Source: Bugula neritina
Taxonomy: Eukaryota; Animalia; Bryozoa
Direction of reading: 5' to 3'
Length of the DNA stretch: 64,000 nucleotides
Assembly: GCA_964035545.1 (NCBI GenBank)
Contig: OZ037766.1
Span: 186,001-250,000 of the forward strand
Below, one piece after another: positions 12,537 through 26,000 of this stretch (the first letter of the stretch is position 1; the number at the start of each line of letters is the position of its first letter). The notes under the pieces are model-generated. The model made no database searches. It saw nothing but the letters and a program-made list of their open reading frames with translations, and had not been told where the DNA came from. Position numbers and translations under genes: made by a program.

Positions 12537-12638
12537 GAGATGATTTGGTTTGTGTGGTGGGAGATGATTTGGTTAGTGTGGTGGGAGATGATTTGGTTAG
12601 TGTGGTGGGAGATGATTTGGTTAGTGTGGTGGGAGATG
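12537..12638. repeat. 24-bp minisatellite
   Basis: Unit GAGATGATTTGGTTAGTGTGGTGG. Confidence 0.85.
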
Positions 12639-15556
12639 CAGTTTAAATGTAAATACAACATTATAATCTCTCAGAGATATATTTAAGCAGAAAAGAAATT
12701 TTGAAGCAAACTAAGTTATTCAAACATTGATTTATTTCAAAGCTGAACCCAAAAGTTTTTTTCATGTTTACCACAACCGCATTCCTATTATAAAACTCAT
12801 TAGCTAGACTGATAGAAGTGAAAGTTGAAAAAAATAGTATGAGGAAATGCTATGCTCCTAGATCCACAGTCTTCAGCCAGTCATCAGCAAAATATAGGCT
12901 AAACAATGAACTCTAAGACTTCTACCAAAGTTCTACCATTCTTATTATCACAATAAAATTGTAGAATTTCTAGTTTTGGTTATAGTAGCTTATTTAAAAA
13001 AAAAAGGAAAAGTAATAATTGGAAAAAAGACTCGATAACTAATTTAATCATTAGTTTAATAACTATGAGTATAAATTTACTATACTGCAGTAGGGTAAAT
13101 GAATATATATATAATTTTGAGACTACATAGCAATAGCCAATGCAAATAAAATCTTACATGAAAATTCAACTTTGTTTGATGTTTTGAATAAAAACTTAAT
13201 TCAATGGGCTAATCAGACTCATTCTGATTCAGTGAATATCTAGTCTGATAGAAACTCACTAGTCTACTGTGTAATGGAAATTGATGTTTGTAAACATTTT
13301 AAAAGTGATTCTAAAATAGAACTAAATATAACCACCAGTGCCCATGACAATTACTACTAGAGCAGCAGACTAAGGAGTATATAACCAAAATATCACTATC
13401 TACTCAGCACTGGTAATGTGTTATCATAACTACATATATGATTGCGACATTAACTGCCTATTATTGATAATTAAGTCAATAATTATTATAAATGAATAAA
13501 CTCAAATAAATTTATTTCAAATTTACCACCTTCAGACTGTAGATTACCAATATGAATATCAATATAATCAAACTCAAAGCCTTAAAAACAGTTGGATGTG
13601 ACAATTAATGCAAACACAAAATAATTACGAAATGTCCTACCACTACCGGTAGCAGCACCAATCAAAGGAGGTGTAACTGTATGGAACTCTTCTATCACTA
13701 TGACTATGAGTATATCTGCCAGCGTCTGGTGAGTGAAACAGCCAAACACTGCTGAATCACATTCAATGTAAATTGACGAATGAACTATCAATTACCAAGA
13801 GTAGGACTGTTACTAAGGACAACTGTGGTGCTGGAAGTGAATTCTGGAAGTTGGAGTTAGAGCGAATGTGAAACCTTATTACAAATCGTTAGTTGAGGTC
13901 GGATTCTCACTGCCACTGTGACCGAGACTAAGCGCAGAGGCTCATGAACTTGAAGCATGTAACCACCCTACCGCTAGGCTCTTGAAGTTGATGAACACAA
14001 CAGACGTGAGAAATGCAAATATATAAATATGTATTTATTCAGACTTTCAAGTTCACAGGCTTCGGACTTCTGACTTGGTCAACTTTGTGCTTGGGTTATA
14101 ATTACTATTAGGTACATGTGCTGCGTTCGCGTTATAATGACGCTGGTATCATCAAATGGTAATTTCAGGAGAAACCGAAAGCTTGTGTCTGAATATATTA
14201 ACTTAAATAGCGAGCTTGTTTGATTTGATTTATTTCACAAACTTGACCTGTTGCCATAAACATTTAGACTATAATGTTATCGTAGTTATTGACTTGTGAT
14301 TCGCTAACACTACAACCAAAAGCAGCCTGTGATTCGTTCTGTATCGATTTTCATATGGGATTCGTCAAAACCCAATTTCCTGTTTCAGTTTGTACACAAA
14401 CTGAAAGTGCTGAAACAATTACAATTATAATTAAATTTAATGAATTATATTTATTGCTAAGTATATCATTATAACATACTATACGTCAGTATTAGTATCA
14501 CTATAAGTACAACTGTAGCTTGTAAGTACTACTATCAGTTTTAGTATATAAATAATGTAGTTAATATTATTGTACGTAAAATTAAACTTAGTATAATAAT
14601 TATAATATTACTATTAGTTATTAATATTATAATTAATAATTAATAAATTATAACTATTAGTATTATTAAATGTATTATTATTATTATAATAATAATTATC
14701 ATTATGAAGTTGAACAATTTACTCAGTAATTGATATTATAAATGTAATGGTTATGATAAGTTGTTGAATCAAAATTAAAAATTACTGCTAGTATAACATT
14801 TACTACTAGTATTACTATTACTATTATACTCTATTAAATTTAAATATAGTAATTACAATCAATAAATCATAGTGATAGTATTTCTCATTAAGCTTAGAAG
14901 TTAGTATTATACTTATACTTATAGTTATATTTATACTCAAAGAATAATGGCTAACACACTATAATTATATCACCCAAAATTGATCATATCAACCACTGTG
15001 ATTGATCATTTTAATGCATAAATTTTGTATCGTGATTGAAATAGCTACCTGGTAGGTTTACACTTTATTATTTGTTAGACCTATAATCTACGTCATATGG
15101 TCACAAAAATTGAGTCAATATTGATTTTTATAAAGTTATTCATTTTAATGCTAAAGCTAAAAGTATCTGTAATTGGTGTAAATTGAAAGAAACATTTGTT
15201 AAAAAATTGCAAGTAAGTTTATCAAAACAAAGTTAATTGATATGATTTGATATGATATGATTGGCAAGATTCTTGACCATCACTCTAGAAAGGTAGATTA
15301 TGGGGGGTGGCCTGTTGCTATAACTAATAGTATGGTAATGATTGCCTTTAGTCTGTCTGAGTAGATATAAGAGTGTCAGTAGAATAATTATTGTTCTCTG
15401 CTGTGGTTACCAAATACAAGATATCCTGGAGTTAGCTCCTCTCTGTATCACTAGAGCCGCCTTAAGCTTTGTAGAGACAGTCTGGTAATATTCAGCTTAT
15501 TTGATGTTCTCTTGAAGGTGAGGTGTGAAAGCAGAGTTGGAGCCCATGTAACTAGG

Positions 15557-15581
15557 ATGTTAGGACATCACAGGACTGTAG
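15557..15581 (+). CDS. Candidate first coding exon of OSBPL8 (MLGHHRTV, phase 1)
   Basis: ATG..GTAG|GTAAGA strong donor; phase 1 matches the phase-1 acceptor at 23001. Inferred only from phase compatibility. Confidence 0.3.
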
Positions 15582-16066
15582 GTAAGAAGTTACATAACTT
15601 GTGTTGTGTGCTGTTGGCTGGTAGATTGAGCTAGTGGAGTAACTTAGGGGACATCTGCAGTGCTATACTAATTCTATGAGCTAGTTTGTATCACCATCTC
15701 TAAACTAGTACCTTTACAATGGAGAACATTGTGTAATCACATAAATATATAGCACCTTTCAGTAGTTGTCAGTGGGTGTCAGTAGGTGTCAGTGGGTGTC
15801 AGTAGGTGTCAGTAGGTGTCAGTGGGTGTCAGTAGGTGTCAGGTAACAGCCTGTCTGCACAGCAGCCAACACGCAGGCTGTGGAATGCTCGCTGCCAATC
15901 TCCTCATGTCAGCTGACTTTTGTTGTTACCAACACAGTCAATACCCTGGTGGCTAATCAATCTGATGATTGTGAAAACAGTGTTCAGTAAATAACAAATG
16001 ACTGTTTAGTTTCATTGTGTTTGTTCTGCCATCGATTGCAATTGTTGTATTGATTTCCGAGTCAAT

Positions 16067-16700
16067 ACTCACTCTGATATATACTAGTGTACCCACGTGT
16101 TACACTCACTCTGATATATACTAGTGTACTCACGTGTTACACTCACTCTGATATATACTAGTGTACTCACGTGTTACACTCACTCTGATATAGACTAGTG
16201 TACTCACTTCTTACACTCACTCTGATATAGACTAGTGTACCCACTTCTTGCACTCACTCTGATATAGACTAGTGTACCCACTTCTTACACTCACTCTGAT
16301 ATATACTAGTGTACCCACTTCTTACACTCACTCTGATATAGACTAGTGTACCCACTTCTTACACTCACTCTGATATATACTAGTGTACTCACGTGTTACA
16401 CTCACTCTGATATAGACTAGTGTACTCACTTCTTACACTCACTCTGATATAGACTAGTGTACCCACTTCTTGCACTCACTCTGATATAGACTAGTGTTCT
16501 CACTTCTTGCACTCACTCTGATATAGACTAGTGTACCCACTTCTTACACTCACTCTGATATAGACTAGTGTACCCACTTCTTACACTCACTCTGATATAT
16601 ACTAGTGTACCCACTTCTTGCACTCACTCTGATATAGACTAGTGTACCCACTTCTTACACTCACTCTGATATATACTAGTGTACTCACGTGTTACACTCA
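16067..16700. repeat. 37-bp minisatellite, about 17 copies
   Basis: Unit ACTCACTCTGATATAGACTAGTGTACCCACTTCTTAC, with a CACGTG variant. Confidence 0.95.
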
Positions 16701-17145
16701 TCCATCACGTCTTCAGGTATGTTATTATACTTTCAGTAATTTATTTTAATTAATGGAAAAGGCAATAATTGTATTAAGCAATGCTTACTACCATGCATAT
16801 AGCAGCAGCAACGACTAAAGGTCATGACCCTTGAGTTTGATTCATCAATAGTAAGCTGGGTGCAGAATAGCATGAGTTCTGGCAGAACTTTGTAGTATGA
16901 GAAGTTGTCTACCTATCAAATACTCTCAGTCCAGCAGTTTGAGAGGACAACTCCGCAAAATGTCTCACTGGAGAGTAATCACCTTGCTCTAGTCTGGATT
17001 CTTCTAGTCTGGAATGTTCTAGTCTGGCTCTTGTTGCCTTCTGCACATGGCAACTGTATGATATACTGTACTAAAATATCACATGGACAGTAGCACCAGT
17101 TGACTATTCACACAGATTCTTTAATTCTCTGCTCCAACATTTACT

Positions 17146-17395
17146 CTAGTTACTAGCAACTAACTACTAGTTACTAGCAACTAACTACTAGCTACTAGTT
17201 ACTAGTTACTAACTACTAGCTACTAGTTGCTGGTTACCAGTTACTAGCCACTAACTACTAGTTACTGGTTACTAAATACTAGCTACTAGTTACTAACTAC
17301 TAGTTACTAGCTACTAGTTACTAGTTACTAACTACTATTTACTAGCCACTAACTACTAACTACTAGTTACTAACTACTAGTTACTAGTTACGAAA
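17146..17395. repeat. 7-bp-based ACTAGTT/ACTAACT repeat
   Basis: Direct reading. Confidence 0.85.
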
Positions 17396-18959
17396 TACCA
17401 GGCTACTAGCTGCTAATTCCTAGTTACTAAATACCAGAATACTATTAATAAATTGAGTGTGTCCACTTATAATATAGTATATGACCATACCTCAGTAATT
17501 AATAAAATACTATCTCCTTGTAGTTGTGCTCTCCTTCTTTTAAAAGGAAGCATAAATCCAGAGTTGTTTGCTTTTGTTGGTGGTAATTAACTGGAGCGTT
17601 GTTATACTAACATTATTCATATTCTATGGTCCGATAATCACAGATATATTTTAAAGGGAGAAAAATGTAAAAGGCTACAAATAATAAATTTGTAAATATA
17701 CAAAATTATTGCAGTACAATAGTAATTTTAAATTTTGTCTGGCATGTTTATATAAGAATCAGCCAAAATTTGTCAAGCAACCCGTACTAAGTACTACTAA
17801 GTCCTGGGATAACTTTATTGGTTACTATTGTTCATTGAATGAAAGTAATTGAATACCAAGTATTGTCAGAGTGAGAGCTGAGTGAGTGGAAATGTTGAGC
17901 TACTGCAGGGCTATGCATTTACTAGGTCACTGTTCAATGACAGATAATCTTTCTACTTCACTTATCTTATTTAACTCTGCTATGGTTACATTTTCTACAA
18001 CATATTCACAGCTATGAATGGTGAGACCCAGTATTGTGCTATAATAGTCTTTGTATGTTATACTCTACACTCTACAGTCTATACTCAACACTCTACACTC
18101 TACAGTCTACACTATCACTTCATGCGAGTTTTGGTGGTTCATTTGATATATACATAACTGGTCAAGGATAGTTGGCAATGTCTGCGCATGCCCAATATAC
18201 TAACGAAATAGCAGTCCACATTTGATCACGCAGTTTTCCAGTAAAGCGTTTATTTAAGGGCTCATCATGGTCCTGCCCAGTTTCTACCACTACCACGTGG
18301 GAACAGGGCCTAATATTGTCTATGAAGCCAGGCTACATAAAAACTGGGTTAGCAGCGACGTCACTTGGACACGCCCAGTTATCTATCTATCCTGCGCTGT
18401 AAAGCTAAGGATCCAATTGTTATAGAATGGGGTGCATATAACATAGATTTAGATTCTATGGTAAGATCATAGCTGATTCAGCAGTGGTTTATATAATCAA
18501 AATGATGTTATATTGCAAATGATGGGTGCTAGATTACCGTCTGTTTTCTGATCGTGCAATAGTTCGAGCTAAAATCTGTAAATAACTACACTAAGTGAAG
18601 GAAATTCATTCATTCGAAGACAAAATAATAGTCATGGAGTTATTCTCTCTGATCATTGTAAGGGAGGAAAAATAGCTGCAAGTATAGTTTTACATGCTAG
18701 ACACTAAACTCAATTACAAGTAAAATGTGGATACATAAGCGTAGTTATTGCTGGTTTCACTGTATTGAATTCCCACCCTTGAGACTGCGACCTAATTTGA
18801 TTTGTTAGTATGCTGTCAACAGCCTCAATGCCCGGGGTTGTGTATGCTACAGTGTGATTCTCAATACTATATACCCATCAGAAGAGAACCTGTTTATTCA
18901 TAAGTTTGATGCAAACTTCATTTATACAGAATTTCTTGGTTTCTGAAAAGTCGCCCGTG

Positions 18960-19208
18960 AAATTATTTCTCTCAGCCAATGATATTGGTTGTATTCTTAC
19001 TTCTGGTACCTTATTGGCTACACATATTATACGCGCGCTTTTATACACGTGAGTTCTGCTGTCATATGCTCTAGTCCGGTACGTGAGTACTCGATAGCTG
19101 TAGTCACGGTTGAAACGACTGCCCATCTTCCTTCAACATTTTATCTCGACGTTCGCCACATTATCTAAAATCACGCCTGCATCAGCCAGTTGTTTTTTTA
19201 TGGTAAGC
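18960..19208 (+). promoter_or_regulatory. Putative promoter and first (probably non-coding) exon upstream of OSBPL8
   Basis: Locally CpG-rich; three CCAAT/ATTGG boxes, CGCGCG, a CACGTG E-box, then a strong donor TG|GTAAGC at 19203. Confidence 0.4.
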
Positions 19209-20339
19209 TATGCGCAACACATATTATGTAATTGGTATAAGTTATTTAATAAGTATAATGCAATATATTTTCATAATCATACTTATACTAGTACTACGTC
19301 TACTGATACTGATAGTGATAGTCATAGTGATACTCATAGTCATAGTCATACTCATGCTCAATAACTCAGTTTCATAGTCATTAAATGATTAATAATTAAT
19401 GATTGTCATTGTGATTTTCACTATTATTGTGACACCCAAACTCTAAAACCAGTACAAATAATCTAATGAAATATGCAATCACAATGACAATAACATTTGA
19501 CTTCTAGTTCTAGCATCAGAATGACTATAACTATAAGTATAAGTCTAAGAATAAAATTAAAACTATCACTATTAGTATTACTATTAGTATAAGTATTAGT
19601 ATTAAATTTAATGTTATTAATATTATTGTTATATAGTTAGTCTAATTTGAACTATGTCTATTGACATTAGTTTATTACTGATATCAAAAATAGAAAATAA
19701 TTTGGTGTGTAACTATAAGTATAAGTACTTTTGAATACCTTTGAAGTTTGAAGATATAGAACACTTGGAAACACTTAATGTTATGCTTATAGAACTGCCT
19801 CATTTGTTTTACAGTGTGAACTACAGGTTAGGTGGTAATTGTGTTGTGTTTTTTTTTAATTTTATTTGTTATATGCCTATGGTCCCTCTGATAATAAATA
19901 CTAGAAGTAGATGAACTGATGAAATATGATATTTTAATTTAGCAGTCGCTCAATCACAATGACAATCAACAATGTCTTCGTCAGAAAAACTGACATAATG
20001 ATTTGCATACTCATAGTGATAGTAATAGCAGGACATCAACATCACCTTCATAATACTTATACTAATACTAATAGTAATAGCTTACTGCGAGACTGGCGGA
20101 CTGAGGCTTGAACCGAATAGTAGTTGATGGTAGAATCACTCAGTCATTGTCAATACTAGAGTTAAACTTACTAAGGTAATTAGTAAGTAATAGTTGGTAA
20201 GAAAGTAGTGTGAGTCACCATCTCACACTTGTACTGTTATACTTATTTGTAATACTTCAAGTTTGTGCAGTGTGCTACACTACAGGTTCTGCTTTATCAC
20301 ACATAATTCTATACTGTTTTAGTGAGAGTTATGGCTATC

Positions 20340-20670
20340 TCTACTACTAGTAGTACTAGTACTGCTACTACTACTAGTAGTACTACTACTACTAGTAGTA
20401 GTAGTACTACTAGTACTACTAGTAGTAGTAGTAGTACTACTACTAGTAGTAGTATTAGTACTAGTACTACTACTAGTAGTAGTATTAGTACTAGTACTAA
20501 TACTACTACTAGTAGTAGTAGTACTACTAGTAGTACTAGTAGTACTACTAGTACTACCAGTAGATAGTTATACTAGTAGATAGTTATACTAGTAGATAGT
20601 TATGCTAGTAGATAGTTATACTAGTAGATAGTTATGCTAGTAGTCAGTTATACTAGTAGTTAGTTATACT
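20340..20670. repeat. Mixed (ACT)n/(AGT)n microsatellite followed by a short minisatellite
   Basis: Direct reading; then CTAGTAGATAGTTATA units. Confidence 0.9.
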
Positions 20671-21184
20671 CGTTTATACATATAATGAGCCCTAACCATC
20701 ATCTGGCTTATCATAATTGGTCACGTGTTGTATCAGTATAGGTCTTTTGTCAGTGTGAAGCGTAGTGGTGTCAATACCCACAGCATCTCTACTCTACTGT
20801 ATTATGTATATCTATCGCTAGTAATATTATCTATACTACAGTAATGTTGTAATAATATAGCAATACCGTGCTTATACTCCTCGCTCAGTGAACTCAACTT
20901 GTCAATGGTTAACACTGCGTCTATGTAGCCCAGTTTCACGGCATATCTTCTAGATTATTAGGTGGTACTAGTACCTGTCTGTCTGCCTGTCTGTCTGTGT
21001 GTCTGTCTGCCTGTCTGTCTGTGTGTCTGTCTGTCTGTGTGTCTGTGTGTCTGTAGGATGCTGGTGTAGTATAAGATTTAGCTGTGTAAAGATGTTAAGT
21101 CAACTTGTAGGATTACAATATACTATAGACTAATATTTCCATAACACTGAAATTCTCGGTAGTCTGTGTGTAAAGTCTGCACAG

Positions 21185-21450
21185 TATATGTGTATACTAT
21201 ATCTGTGTATCTGTGTATAGTATATCAGTATATAGTATATCTGTATATAGTATATCTGTGTATAGTATATCTGTATATACTATATCAGTATATAGTATAT
21301 CTGTGTATAGTATATCTGTATATAGTATATCAGTATATAGTATATCTGTATATAGTATATCTGTATATAGTATATCTGTATATAGTATATCTGTATATAG
21401 TATATCTGTATATAGTATATCAGTATATAGTATATCTGTGTATAGTATAT
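21185..21450. repeat. 15-bp minisatellite
   Basis: Unit TATAGTATATCTGTA. Confidence 0.9.
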
Positions 21451-21967
21451 AGTATTAGTATATCTGTCTAGTTATTCCTATATAACTATAATATACAATA
21501 CAAGAGACATGAGATAAGAGAGTAGAGAGAAGAAATAACTTCCTCTTGGCTATTCACCCTTGTGGCTGAGTACTCCGTGTGAGATACAGTGAAGTGATTC
21601 CGTGTTCTACAGAAGTACATGCTGGTTGTTGTGCTGGTATCATTGTCAACACGTCGTGATACTGGCTGACGTGACGTGCTGTCATGACGTGACGTGCTGT
21701 CACTCAGAGCTGTCTCGCATAGTCAAAATAGTACACTGCGCGATTTGACAATCTCTTTCTTAAAAAACGATCTCTGTTGATAGCAAAAAACTCTCAAATC
21801 TGGCATAAAATCAATTGGGAGAGAAGTTTGCCAAAGCTGTGTTGCATATTTGATATTGATTTCTCTCAGGCCAAGTCCACACTGAGCTGATCTAATAAAA
21901 TGTTTGTAGAGTTGTACGTGACTACCATATCTGTCTTGTTGCAGAGTCACTCACCTCCAGTTGGTGT

Positions 21968-22062
21968 GTCAATGAGTTAGTCTCAGTCAATGAGTTAGTC
22001 TCAGTCAATGAGTTAGTCTCAGTCAATGAGTTAGTCTCAGTCAATGAGTTAGTCTCAGTCAA
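21968..22062. repeat. 18-bp minisatellite
   Basis: Unit GTCAATGAGTTAGTCTCA. Confidence 0.9.
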
Positions 22063-22348
22063 TTAGTGTAGTATACGCCCCATTGTATTTGCTAATAGGT
22101 TTCTCCCTCTAACTCCAGAGAGTTTTACGAGTTTTCAGAAGCTGGGCATCAGCTAGCCTCACGCTTACAGAAATACCAGCCTGTTTTGGGTGTCCTACAT
22201 TCTAACATATAGTGTGCAGCAAAACACTGGCCCAGATAATATTTACAGCCTTGTATTAGCTGTAGTATTAGTAGCAGTGTTAGTACTAGCAACAGTGATA
22301 GTACTAGTAGCAGTGCTAGTACTAGTAGCAGTGATTGTACTAGTAACA

Positions 22349-22555
22349 GTCACATCTCTGTAATACACTGTCACATCTCTCTGTAATACACTGTCACATC
22401 TCTGTAGTACAGTGTCACATCTCTGTAATACACTGTCACATCTCTGTAATACACTGTCACATCTCTGTAGTACACTGTCACATCTCTGTAATACACTGTC
22501 ACATCTCTGTAATACACTGTCACATCTCTGTAATACACTGTCACATCTCTCTGTA
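22349..22555. repeat. 21-bp minisatellite
   Basis: Unit GTCACATCTCTGTAATACACT. Confidence 0.9.
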
Positions 22556-23000
22556 AAGAAATGAAAAGCTAGCAAGTTCAGTTTGTACTCCCATACAAAG
22601 AATTGTTGGTATGATGAAGTTAATGTCCAGAGTTCATATATATTATATAATAATGGTAGACTACAAGGAAATGGAATACCCAGGGTTGTATATAATTTGA
22701 TTAAGGTGTAAGGCAGCATATCAACTTATTCACTTAGCTGCTGCCCTCTAACTAATTCCCAATGCTGTCTAAATCAATATGTTGTCTGTATTTGCTCACT
22801 CTTTCTGCAGGCTTCCTTTCTCTTGTTTGTGTTGTATAACATGCTGTATGTTACTGTACTGTATAGTGTAGGTATAGAGTAGGTATAGAGTAGGTATAGT
22901 GTAGGTATAGAGTAGGTATAGTGTAGATATAGTGTAGGTATAGAGCAGGTATAGTGTCAGTATAGAATGTAACCTTTGAACCTGCTGCTGCTGGTTTCAG

Positions 23001-26000
23001 GTGCTGCGACAGACCTGAAGAGAGATTCCAGTTTTGATGATGAACTCAACCCTGTGTTCTCACTTGATGACAGGCAGCATCTGGTGATGCCTTCTCTAGT
23101 CGGCAGCGTATCTTCTCCCTCAACACTGTCCACTCTCAGTACCACTCCTATCAGCAGAGTGAGTATCATACACTCACTACTACCAGGGTACACCGCGCTA
23201 GCTTGTCACTCAACAGTGGTGACATGAGCTGCAGGTAGTGACATGAGCTGCAGGTAGTGACATGAGCTGCAGGTAGTGACATGAGCTGCAGGTAGTGACA
23301 TGAGCTGCAGGTAGTGACATGAGCTGCAGGTAGTGACATGAGCTGCAGGTAGTGACATGAGCTGTAGGTAGTGACATGAGCTGCAGATAGTAGTCTGATT
23401 TATTGTCATCTTAAATGGACTTGAAGAGTGAAGGAGGTGACTGAACTATTTGTTTCCTCCTTCCTAAGAAGTCAACAGTCTAAACAGTTGCCATAGCAAC
23501 TGTCTCGCTCTACTTGGTGTTTCAGAATAAACTCTTCTTCTGTGTCAGCAGCAGATAAACTCTTCTTCTGTGTCAGCAGCAGATAAATTCTTCTTCTGTG
23601 TCAGCAGCAGATAAACTCTTCTTCTGTGTCAGCAGCAGATAAACTCTTCTTCTGTGTCAGCAGCAGATAAACTCTTCTTCTGTGTCAGCAGCAGATAAAC
23701 TCTTCTTCTGTGTCAGCAGCTGGTCTCCTGTGATATACTGGTTTCTGTCTCTAGTTGCGTTACACTCCCTGTTAGTACAGGTAATCTACTACCTCCAGTT
23801 CAGCTGTTTACCTCCCAGTCGTGTGATTGTAGATGGAGTCGCCAAGTGAGAACGGGAAGGCTAAGAGGGAGACTCTCAAGGTACGTCACTGCTACTACTA
23901 GTACTAGTACTACAGTATCTCTACACTACTACTACAGTATCTCTACACTACTACTACAGTATCTCTACACTACTACTACAGTATCTCTACACTACCACTA
24001 CAGTATCTCTACACTACCACTACAGTATATCTACACTACTACTACAGTATCTCTACACTACCACTACAGTATCTCTACACTACCACTACAGTATCTCTAC
24101 TCTACCACTACAGTATCTCTACACTACTACTACAGTATCTCTACACTACTACTACAGTATCTCTACACTACTACTACAGTATCTCTACACTACTACTACA
24201 GTATCTCTACACTACTACTACAGTATCTCTACACTACTACTACAGTATCTCTACACTACTACTACAGTATCTCTACACTACTACTACAGTATCTCTACAC
24301 TACTACTACAGTATCTCTACACTACTAATACAGTATCTCTACTCTACTACTACAGTATCTCTACACTACTACTACAGTATCTCTACACTACCACTACAGT
24401 ATCTCTACACTACCACTACAGTATCTCTACACTACTACTACAGTATCTCTACACTACTACTACAGTATCTCTACACTACTAATACAGTATCTCTACTCTA
24501 CTACTACAGTATCTCTACACTACTACTACAGTATTTCTACACTACTACTACAGTATCTCTACACTACTACTACAGTATCTCCACACTACTACTACAGTAT
24601 CTCTACTCTACTAATACAGTATCTCTACACTACTACTACAGTATCTCTACACTACTACTACAGTATCTCTACACTACTACTACAGTATCTCTACACTACT
24701 ACTACAGTATCTCTACTCTACTACTACAGTATCTCTACACTACTACTACAGTATCTCTACGCTACTACTACAGTATCTCTACGCTACTACTACAGTATCT
24801 CTACACTACTACTACTACATTGTATGTTGCTGTCGCAGGTGCAGAAGAGAGAATATCGGATGGAGAAGAAGAAAGCAGCGAAGGAGATACTGTCGACCCT
24901 GAGAGACCCGACAGTGGTGCTCATGGCCGACTACCTGAAGGTGCGAGGTATGCTGAAGAGCTGGACCAAGTTCTACTGCGTACTCAAACCAGGGGTCCTC
25001 ATCCTCTACAAGAGTCAGAAACAGAAGAGTGGCCACTGGGTGGGAACTATTATGCTCAACTCAGCCAATCTGATCGAGAGACCCTCAAAGAAAGACGGTT
25101 TCTGCTTCAAGCTGTACCACCAGCTGGACCAGTCCATATGGGCCCAGAAAGGGCCCAAGGGGGAGAACTATGGTGCAATAACTCAACCCCTCATGTACTC
25201 CAGTGCCATCTTCAGAGCCCCCTCTGAGACTGCAGGTATCCACTCCTTCCTTGCTGCCTACCTGCTGCCATATCAACACGTGTCTATACATATCAACACG
25301 TGTCTATACATATCAACACGTGTCTATACATATCAACACGTGTCTATACATGTCAACACATGTCTATACATATCAACACGTGTCTATACATATCAACACG
25401 TGTATACATATCAACACGTGTCTATACATATCAACACATGTCTATACATATCAACACGTGTCTATACATGTCAACACGTGTCTATACATATCAACACATG
25501 TCTATACATATCAACACTTGTCTATACATATCAACACGTCTCGCAGGTAAGACCTGGATGGAGGCGCTAGAGCTGGCTCTGAGATGCTCTTCTCTGCTGG
25601 TCCGCACTAATTCTGTCCCACAATCCTCTGATGCCGAGCACGCTGACGCAGCTACAGGCACGGCGCACAGTGACCACGTGCTCTGCTATCAGACCAACGG
25701 GGAGGACCTCAACGACAGCGACAGGGAGGACCACTTCAAGGGTGAGCTCAGGCTACACTAGTGTTTCCTGTTTAATATTTTCTCGTGATGTGGTATACTG
25801 TAATACATACCGTACTGTATAGTTATACTGTAATACATACCGTACTGTATAGTTATACTGTAATACATACCGTACTGTATAGTTATACTGTAATACATAC
25901 CGTACTGTATAGTTATACTCTAATACATACCGTACTGTATAGTTATACTCTAATACATACCGTACTGTATAGCTATACTGTAATACATACCGTACTGTAT

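Noticed and set aside
13890-13985. tRNA-Sec-like sequence (GCTTCAA on the minus strand)
   Set aside because: No acceptor stem or T-arm pairing could be built.
19200-19202. ATG|GTAAGC as the OSBPL8 start codon
   Set aside because: Phase 0 joined to exon 23001 gives GTG CTG CGA CAG ACC TGA; no bridging exon found.
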